Of a stretch of 32,739 nucleotides of DNA, positions 26,574-32,739 are shown one piece after another; position 1 is the stretch's first letter, and each line of letters starts with the position of its first letter. Below the pieces are notes generated by a model. The model searched no databases and had not been told where the DNA came from. It saw only the letters and a list, made by a program, of their open reading frames with translations. Source of the DNA: a virus (Duplodnaviria; Caudoviricetes); IMG/VR virus record IMGVR_UViG_3300032232_000594, positions 1 to 32,739 of that record; one strand, written 5' to 3'. The position numbers and the translations under genes are program-made.

Positions 26574-26888
26574 TTACCACGCGCCCAAATCTTCTAAAGC
26601 GCGCCTATCTTTATCTAAGCCATATTTCAAAATAGCTTGGACCTTTGGTGGCAAGCTTTGCCAACAATTCTCAATTTCATTATAAATTTCACGCTGTTCG
26701 GGGCGCATCATGATTTGCGCATAAATCCCGACTTTGAACGGGTTTACATTCATCATTGCGGCCGACCACGCCGCGTATGCATCGGTGCGCATTTTAGGCG
26801 CGCTTGAAAGCAATAGGCCCTTGCGCGGACCACGCTTGCACATTGCATCGGAAAGCGCCTTGTGCGCCTTTTCGGAAAGCTTAAGCAT
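26574..26888 (-). CDS. Hypothetical early protein
   Basis: AAAGGA RBS; 104 aa; co-oriented with gp88. Confidence 0.65.
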   Translation of the reverse strand: MLKLSEKAHKALSDAMCKRGPRKGLLLSSAPKMRTDAYAAWSAAMMNVNPFKVGIYAQIMMRPEQREIYNEIENCWQSLPPKVQAILKYGLDKDRRALEDLGAW

Positions 26889-26911
26889 TGCATTATTTCC
26901 TTTCTATAGGG

Positions 26912-27631
26912 TTAAGACGTTCTAACAACAAAGCCGCTCGCGTCGCGCTTGGCTTTTCCGCCTTTAGGCGAAAGCGCCACAACATGTCCGCGTGGGTCTA
27001 AATGGCGAAGATCATGCTCGTCGCCGTTTATGGTTGGGAAGCCGTTCCATGTAGCAGGGAAAGCGCCGGCAAACACGACAGCAACATTGCCGCCGGCGCG
27101 CAATATTTCGATGCATTGCGGCTCATTAATTTCACTTCTAGAAAATGTTAAATGATAGTTTGCAGGAAGCTTGCCTTGCGCGTGGGCAAGCGCGCGTTTG
27201 AACGATTTGGTGTAATCCGTGAATTGGACTGTCGGAAAAGCGTCCATCATGGTTAGGCCATTTTCGTCGCGAATAGCTTCCCATGCAATGTCGGTTGAAC
27301 CATTGGGCCTAATGCAAAGCTTAAGAGCACCATTGATAGCTTGGCGCATTGCGGATTGAATGGCGCGCCACATGTCGCGCATATAGGCCTTGCGCTGTTT
27401 CATAAAGCGCCTGGCCTTTGCAATTCGAGATTGCATCACGCTAGGGTAGTAAATGGCCGCGCCGGAATGTTCGCCTAGGCATAGGTTAATGCAACCTGGC
27501 GACGCATTGCCACAAAGGTTTCCAACGCCAGCAAGCCTAGCAGGCGCCATATAGTGAATTCCATTCAACCATCCAAACGATTGCGCCTTGCTCGCCTTTG
27601 GATTGTCGACGCTAAAAATCCGATTTTTCAT
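26912..27631 (-). CDS. Gp88-family protein (radical-SAM-like fold, C-x6-C-x3-C)
   Basis: NLC..AS.GC...CL, R.NGSTDI.WE, QF.DYTK, NYHLTFS.SE, NVAVVF and GD.HDLR..DP motifs; GAAGGA RBS before ATG at 27631. Confidence 0.8.
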   Translation of the reverse strand: MKNRIFSVDNPKASKAQSFGWLNGIHYMAPARLAGVGNLCGNASPGCINLCLGEHSGAAIYYPSVMQSRIAKARRFMKQRKAYMRDMWRAIQSAMRQAINGALKLCIRPNGSTDIAWEAIRDENGLTMMDAFPTVQFTDYTKSFKRALAHAQGKLPANYHLTFSRSEINEPQCIEILRAGGNVAVVFAGAFPATWNGFPTINGDEHDLRHLDPRGHVVALSPKGGKAKRDASGFVVRTS

Positions 27632-27690
27632 TGCCGTTTTCCTTCGTTTGCAGCGTTGCCAGGCAGCACTATCCACTGCCTATAACAAAA

Positions 27691-27719
27691 ACAATATGCA
27701 ACGCATGATGCGTTGTAAA
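27691..27719 (-). promoter_or_regulatory. sigma70-like promoter of minus-strand early operon with palindromic operator
   Basis: TTTACA-N17-TATTGT on the minus strand; overlapped by CAACGCAT-G-ATGCGTTG (27699-27715). Confidence 0.6.
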
Positions 27720-27745
27720 TAGGAAACCAACCAACCATCCATCTA

Positions 27746-27820
27746 TTTTCGCCATATTATGACCCAAAATGGTGTTGAGAACGCAATTTGACGAAATACG
27801 CATTTTTCGCCATATAATGA
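27746..27820 (+). promoter_or_regulatory. Putative terS/late promoter with duplicated 17-bp element
   Basis: TTTTCGCCATA(T/A)ATGA-type element at 27746-27762 and 27804-27820; TTGACG at 27788 and TATAAT at 27813. Confidence 0.5.
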
Positions 27821-27846
27821 GAACGAATAGGGAAAGGGTCGACATT

Positions 27847-28665
27847 ATGGCCAAGGTCATGACAGAAGAGCAAATAGTCGCAAGGCGAGAGCGGATCGCC
27901 AGACGGGCTGGACGCCCGCCCACGCGTGTTAAGGTTCCACAGGAAGTTTATGTGAAACAAGGGAAAATCACAGGCAGGCCAAGTTTAAAGACGCCGGCTG
28001 TGATTGATGAAATACTGGCTGGGGTTGCGGCAGGGCGATCGCTGGCGAATGTATGCAAGGATAATGAGAACCTGCCTGACGTTAGGAACGTGTATCGGTG
28101 GATGGACCAGGACGACGGCTTCCGTCTATCGTATTTGCGCGCTTGCGCCAACCGATCGCTCGTCTACGCTGACACTATCGGCGACATTGCATCAGGAACG
28201 CTCGCAGGCAGGATTGACCCTAATGCGGCCCGCGTCGCGATAAACGCTTATCAATGGGTGGCGTCAAAGCTTTCACCGGGTACATATGGGGAGAGACAGG
28301 AAGTCACTGTAAACCATCAGCATTTACACTTGCACGCTTTGCGGCAGCTGTCGGAAGCGGCGAAGGTGGGGCAGGATGCGATTAGGCAGCGTGAGCTTGA
28401 ATTGCGTGTGATGCAGGGTGACATGGATGCAGGAGACCCCCCCGGCAGCCCCGATGGGCGGGGGGCGGTAGCTGTAGCGGCCACCCCTGCCTCCACGCAC
28501 CACCTCACCACAGCATCCCCTGCTTCCACGCACCACCTCACCACAGAACCACCTGCTCACACGCACCGCTTCACCACAGCACCCTCAGAAACCTATGAAG
28601 CCTTGGAAACCAGTGAAGCCAGTGAAACCGTGGAAGCATCGCAAACCGTCCACACCCGGCTGTAA
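27847..28665 (+). CDS. terS: Terminase small subunit with low-complexity C-terminal extension
   Basis: GRPS......DEIL..VA.GRSL..VC......P....VYRW...D..F...Y..A and W.ASKL.P..YG motifs (Sf6/P22-like TerS); directly upstream of terL. Confidence 0.85.
   Translation: MAKVMTEEQIVARRERIARRAGRPPTRVKVPQEVYVKQGKITGRPSLKTPAVIDEILAGVAAGRSLANVCKDNENLPDVRNVYRWMDQDDGFRLSYLRACANRSLVYADTIGDIASGTLAGRIDPNAARVAINAYQWVASKLSPGTYGERQEVTVNHQHLHLHALRQLSEAAKVGQDAIRQRELELRVMQGDMDAGDPPGSPDGRGAVAVAATPASTHHLTTASPASTHHLTTEPPAHTHRFTTAPSETYEALETSEASETVEASQTVHTRL
28486..28650 (+). repeat. 3 x 33-bp repeats followed by 9/18-bp GAA(A/G)CC repeats within terS 3' end
   Basis: Units at 28486, 28519 and 28552 (PASTHHLTT..); GAAACC/GAAGCC series at 28588-28650. 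Confidence 0.85.
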
Positions 28666-28754
28666 CAGGTAATCAGGCAGGACGGGGTGGACCCCCCTCC
28701 CCCCCTACCGGGGTTGCCTTGTCCGCCCAATCTTCCAAAAAAAAGAAATCATAG

Positions 28755-30158
28755 ATGACAGTTCAGAACCTCGACGCTGACGCCTACATCGACTTCATCC
28801 GCACTTATTCAGGTGATCCGGTTGGCTTTGTCATAAATGTCCTGAAGGCAGACCCTCTGCCTTGGCAGAAGGATTTCCTGAACAAGATCGCCAAGGGCGA
28901 ACGCCGCATCAGCGTCAGAGCCGGTCACGGTGTGGGCAAATCAACCGCCTGCTCATGGGCGTTGATCTGGCATATGACCTGCCGTTATCCGCAGAAGGGT
29001 GTGGTGACGGCTCCCACTGCGGCGCAGTTGTTCGACGCCTTGTTTGCTGAGCTTAAGTCATGGATTAACAAGCTTCCACCTGTCTTGCGGGAAAGCTTTG
29101 AGGTGTTCTCCGATAAGATTGTGCTGAAGGGTGCGCCAGAAAGCAGCTTCATATCGGCAAGGACCAGCAGCGCAGAGCGTCCCGAGGCTCTGGCCGGTGT
29201 CCATTCCGAGCATGTCTTGCTGGTGGTTGATGAGGCGTCTGCCGTTCCTGAAGCAGTCTTCGAGGCGGCGGCTGGCTCGATGTCCGGGCATTCGGCGACG
29301 ACGATCCTGATCTCCAATCCAACCCGGTCATCCGGTCTTTTCTACAAGACGCACCATGATCTGGCATCCGACTGGAACAGGATGCACGTCAGTTGTCTCG
29401 ATAATCCGCTGGTCTCGACGGACTTCGTGCGGCAGATTGCGGCGACCTATGGCGAGGCGTCCAACGCTTTCCGTATCCGCGTCTTGGGCGAGTTCGCCCT
29501 GGGCGATGACGACACGCTGATCCCGGCTGAGCTTGTCGATGCAGCCTTTGATCGGGATATTACCGTGCCCATGTCAGAGCCTATTATATATGGAGTGGAC
29601 GTCGCCCGTTTTGGGTCTGACAGGACTGCGCTCTGCAAACGGCGCGGGAACGTCGTTGTCGAGCTAAAGTCATGGGGCGGTCTTGATCTGATGCAGACGG
29701 TTGGTGCAATCGTCAATGAAGCCAAGATGGACCGGCCAGACGAGATTTGCGTTGATACGATCGGCCTTGGTTCCGGCGTTGCCGATCGACTGCGGGAACA
29801 GGGCTACAACGTCAGGGACGTGAACGTGTCGGAAAGCTCCGCCATGAACCCGAATGCCAATCGGCTGCGGGATGAACTGTGGATCTCGGTAAAGGATTGG
29901 CTGGGAACCAGGGCGGTTAAACTGCCACGGGATGAATCGCTGCGACATGAACTGGTCGCACCACGTTACACGTTTTCCAGTTCTGGCAAACTCGTGGTAG
30001 AGTCCAAGGACGGAATGAGAAAACGCGGGATGCGTTCGCCCGACTTGGCGGACAGCCTGTGTTTGACGTTTGCAGGAACCGCCGCAGGGGTTGGCGGTCG
30101 AGCATTGGCATGGAGGCCGGGCAGACCGCTCCGGCGCTCAATTAGCGGGATCGTGTGA
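28755..30158 (+). CDS. terL: Terminase large subunit
   Basis: WQ motif, GHGVGKS Walker A, LLVVDEA Walker B, SNP coupling motif, GVDVARFGSD nuclease and SPD.ADS. Confidence 0.95.
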   Translation: MTVQNLDADAYIDFIRTYSGDPVGFVINVLKADPLPWQKDFLNKIAKGERRISVRAGHGVGKSTACSWALIWHMTCRYPQKGVVTAPTAAQLFDALFAELKSWINKLPPVLRESFEVFSDKIVLKGAPESSFISARTSSAERPEALAGVHSEHVLLVVDEASAVPEAVFEAAAGSMSGHSATTILISNPTRSSGLFYKTHHDLASDWNRMHVSCLDNPLVSTDFVRQIAATYGEASNAFRIRVLGEFALGDDDTLIPAELVDAAFDRDITVPMSEPIIYGVDVARFGSDRTALCKRRGNVVVELKSWGGLDLMQTVGAIVNEAKMDRPDEICVDTIGLGSGVADRLREQGYNVRDVNVSESSAMNPNANRLRDELWISVKDWLGTRAVKLPRDESLRHELVAPRYTFSSSGKLVVESKDGMRKRGMRSPDLADSLCLTFAGTAAGVGGRALAWRPGRPLRRSISGIV

Positions 30159-30460
30159 TGGCGAAGACGCCTGCTTGGCAGAGAGCCGAAGGCAAGAACC
30201 CCAAGGGCGGGTTGAATGCCAAGGGCCGTGCATCTGCAAAAGCTGAGGGGATGAACCTCAAACCTCCTGTAAAGGCTGGCGATAATCCCCGTCGTGCGTC
30301 ATTCTTGGCACGTATGGGAAACATGCCGGGGCCAGAACGAGATGAAAAGGGACAGCCAACACGTTTACTTTTATCGCTGCAAGCGTGGGGAGCGAGTTCA
30401 AAGGCGGATGCCAAGACCAAGGCAAAAGCCATCTCGGCGAGAAATAAAGGAAAGGCTTGA
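30158..30460 (+). CDS. Basic conserved phage protein (DUF6321-like)
   Basis: AWQR.EGKNPKGGLNAKGRAS...RRASF.ARM. Confidence 0.7.
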   Translation: MAKTPAWQRAEGKNPKGGLNAKGRASAKAEGMNLKPPVKAGDNPRRASFLARMGNMPGPERDEKGQPTRLLLSLQAWGASSKADAKTKAKAISARNKGKA

Positions 30461-30462
30461 CC

Positions 30463-30615
30463 ATGAAGAAGCCTGTTTGGAAAACCAAAGATCCCACGAA
30501 GTCAGACAAGAAGCTAACGCCAGCTAAGAAGACGGCTGCAATGGCGGCGGCAAAGACGGCTGGCAGACCCTATCCAAACCTGATCGACAATATGCGGGCG
30601 TCCCGCAAGAAGTAG
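30463..30615 (+). CDS. 50-aa Lys-rich peptide (not in ORF track)
   Basis: MKKPVWKTKDP...KKLTPAKK..A.A.AK.AGRPYPNLIDNMRASRKK; fills the gap exactly. Confidence 0.7.
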   Translation: MKKPVWKTKDPTKSDKKLTPAKKTAAMAAAKTAGRPYPNLIDNMRASRKK

Positions 30616-30624
30616 GAGAACGCA

Positions 30625-30864
30625 ATGGCTTCCTTTTTGATGAATGGCCGCACGTTTGATGATGCGGTTGCGATCACAACTTCCGCTACAGCAGACAACA
30701 GTTTTGGATCAATCTATGTCGGCGGTGCTGGCAATGTGGCCGTTGTGACTGAAAAGGGAACAACAGTGACATTCAACGCTGTGCCAGTTGGAACAATCCT
30801 CCCCATCCGCACGTCAAAGGTGCTGGCTACGTCAACAGCCACTCTTATGGTTGGCTTCAAGTAA
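30625..30864 (+). CDS. Head spike-base/decoration protein (RcGTA Rcc01079-like)
   Basis: AVAIT.S...IYVGGAGNVAV....G.TVTF..VP.GTILPIR...V.AT; AGGAG RBS. Confidence 0.65.
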   Translation: MASFLMNGRTFDDAVAITTSATADNSFGSIYVGGAGNVAVVTEKGTTVTFNAVPVGTILPIRTSKVLATSTATLMVGFK

Positions 30865-30874
30865 GGATCACATC

Positions 30875-31381
30875 ATGCCGCGCCAGATGGAAGACGATAT
30901 GGGCATGGGTCCAGAACCCATTGACATGGAAGACAGCGAGCGCGGCGATTCCTGCCCGCAGGCTACCGGCGACGTCACCCTGAACATGAAAAACAGGGGC
31001 AAGGCGATCGACAAGGCTGACTATGGACCGATGGACCCGAACAAGCCTAACGATCAGTATTGGACGAAAATGGGTCGCCGCTGGAAGGTCTCTGGCGAAG
31101 AAGCCAAAGACATGCTCTGCGGCAACTGCGCTGCGTTCAATCAGAAGAAGCACATCATCGACTGCATCGAGGAGGGTCTAGGGGATGGAATGGCAGATGA
31201 CGCGATGGAAGTCATTGATGCTGGAGATTTGGGCTTCTGCGAAATGTTTGACTTCAAGTGCGCTGCTAAACGTACGTGCGCCGCGTGGATCGTCGGTGGA
31301 CCGATTACGGACGATGCCGAGGGTGACGATACAGATGAGTATGAGGACGAAGGCGGGTCTGAAGAGGGTGAATATAAATGA
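30875..31381 (+). CDS. Acidic Cys-rich conserved phage protein
   Basis: CP.AT.D...N..NR..AI...YGP..P; CGNCAAF; GFC..FDFKC...RTC.AW. Confidence 0.7.
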   Translation: MPRQMEDDMGMGPEPIDMEDSERGDSCPQATGDVTLNMKNRGKAIDKADYGPMDPNKPNDQYWTKMGRRWKVSGEEAKDMLCGNCAAFNQKKHIIDCIEEGLGDGMADDAMEVIDAGDLGFCEMFDFKCAAKRTCAAWIVGGPITDDAEGDDTDEYEDEGGSEEGEYK

Positions 31382-32022
31382 ACCTTAGCATCTGCGTCCC
31401 AGCCCGAGAGACTGTGAACACAGGTTTCTGTTATGACCTGGCAATGCTGACGGCGCGGTTCTACGGCACAGCCAAAGAAGGAACGACATTCAACCTCAAC
31501 TTTATCAACGGAACCCTGATCGCCGATCAAAGGACGAAGCTGATCGAAATGAGCCTGAAGGAAGGGGCGACGCATATTCTGTTTCTGGACAGCGATATGC
31601 GTTTCCCATCCAATCTCGTGGAGAAGCTGGCAAGGCACGATAAAGACATCATCGCCTGTAATTACGCCACCAGGCGTTTGCCAGTGAAGACAGTTGCGTT
31701 CAAAGATTTCTCAACCCTGTCTTACATCTATTCCATAGACAAGACGGGGCTGGAGGAGTGCGATGCCGTGGGTATGGGCGCAATGCTGATCAAGGCGGAC
31801 GTGTTCAAGAAGCTCGCCTATCCCTGGTTTCAGATCCACTACCTGCCAAATGCCAGAATGTGGGCGGGTGAAGATATGTTTTTCTGTCAGTTGGCGAAGG
31901 CTGGCGGCTATCAGATATGGATCGACCATGACACGTCAAAAGACGTGAGGCATATCGGTTCATTCGAGTTTGGTCATGAACACACGGAGGCCGAATATGA
32001 AAAGCTTGGACAAGATCGCTAA
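31378..32022 (+). CDS. GT-A fold glycosyltransferase (family 2-like)
   Basis: ICVP, HILFLDSDM (DxD), GMGAMLIK..VF, GED..FC and HIG motifs. Confidence 0.8.
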   Translation: MNLSICVPARETVNTGFCYDLAMLTARFYGTAKEGTTFNLNFINGTLIADQRTKLIEMSLKEGATHILFLDSDMRFPSNLVEKLARHDKDIIACNYATRRLPVKTVAFKDFSTLSYIYSIDKTGLEECDAVGMGAMLIKADVFKKLAYPWFQIHYLPNARMWAGEDMFFCQLAKAGGYQIWIDHDTSKDVRHIGSFEFGHEHTEAEYEKLGQDR

Positions 32023-32164
32023 AGTGATGGACGAGTACAATCGCGGCAAGCTTCATGCTGGCGTTAATCCAAAAGGCCCGAAGAAGGCTCCGCTGGCCAA
32101 GTCTCGCAAGCAGGCAGTTGCGATTGCTCTGTCAGAAGCTGGGATGAGCAAAAAGAAGAAGTGA
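31997..32164 (+). CDS. Small basic protein (DUF6496-like)
   Basis: KIAKVM.EY..GKLH.G...SRKQAVAIALSEAG. Confidence 0.7.
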   Translation: MKSLDKIAKVMDEYNRGKLHAGVNPKGPKKAPLAKSRKQAVAIALSEAGMSKKKK

Positions 32165-32721
32165 TGGATCACTTTTACGAACAGATCCAAGGTTGGTTTA
32201 ACTTTGCAGATCCCTATCGCCGGGCTGTCAGAGAAGCATCTGATGGCTCGGTGTTTGTCGAACTGGGGTGCTGGAAGGGAAAATCTGCCGTCTTTCTTGG
32301 CGTTGAGGTCATCAACTCAGGAAAGGCGATCTCTGTTCACTATGTCGATCACTGGGGCGGATCAAATGAACCTGAGCACAAAACTGATCCTGATCTTGAA
32401 CGTGTTTTTGGGCTTTTTATGGATGGCATTGACCGCCTGCATGGTCTTGATTGCAAGGTGCATCGAGGCCGGACAGTGGATGTGGCGGCAGAGTTTAGAG
32501 ATGGCAGCGTTGATTTCGTCTGGGTCGATGCAGGCCATGAATATGACGAGGTATTGGCTGACATCAAGGCTTGGTGGCCGAAGCTAAAGGTGGGCGGCGT
32601 CATGGGCGGTGACGATTACCCTATGGATGGTGTAAAGTCTGCGGTGGAAGAGTTTTTCCCCCAACACGAAGTCGGCTCCGAAAGCGGCTGGCAGTGGTGG
32701 CGGGTCAAGAAGCGAGGCTAA
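32164..32721 (+). CDS. Class I SAM-dependent methyltransferase (Methyltransf_24-like, small-molecule/sugar type)
   Basis: VELGCWKGKS, VDHW, DFVWVDAGHEY..V..D...W...LK.GG...GDDY. Confidence 0.85.
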   Translation: MDHFYEQIQGWFNFADPYRRAVREASDGSVFVELGCWKGKSAVFLGVEVINSGKAISVHYVDHWGGSNEPEHKTDPDLERVFGLFMDGIDRLHGLDCKVHRGRTVDVAAEFRDGSVDFVWVDAGHEYDEVLADIKAWWPKLKVGGVMGGDDYPMDGVKSAVEEFFPQHEVGSESGWQWWRVKKRG

Positions 32722-32722
32722 A

Positions 32723-32739
32723 ATGGCAAACCCCGTCAC
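32723..32739 (+). CDS. Start of next gene (3'-truncated; portal expected from synteny)
   Basis: AGCGAGG then ATG GCA AAC CCC GTC; identity is inference only. Confidence 0.3.

Overview
The window is most of a tailed phage genome with podovirus-like gene order and no host genes. It opens inside a head-tail adaptor gene and runs through tail fibres/chaperones, an embedded lysis cassette (membrane proteins, 3-TM holin, GH108 endolysin), more fibres, a P22 gp10-like nozzle and an ejection/internal-virion module (1-18458, all +). That module unexpectedly contains an Fe-S-type PAPS-reductase-family gene and a protein with four DUF4214/S-layer-like repeats around a Thr-rich VNTR. A terminator and sigma70-like promoter then precede an early/replication module: small ORFs, DnaA domain-IV HTH, GapR, HTH, RuvC-like resolvase, RecE-like exonuclease, T7 gp2.5-type SSB and a VapE helicase lacking a primase. 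Next come an iteron/AT-rich origin candidate, a 52-bp tandem repeat plus a ~255-bp CAGC/CGTCAG microsatellite, a GATC-poor minus-strand island (with Gp88), terS/terL, and a pre-portal cluster (basic peptides, GTA-like spike base, Cys-rich protein, glycosyltransferase, methyltransferase). GapR and the GTA-like genes suggest an alphaproteobacterial host. Portal, scaffold and capsid genes are presumably outside the window. No polymerase, primase, integrase, tRNA, RT or CRISPR was seen. All family names come from motif recognition by eye, not database searches.
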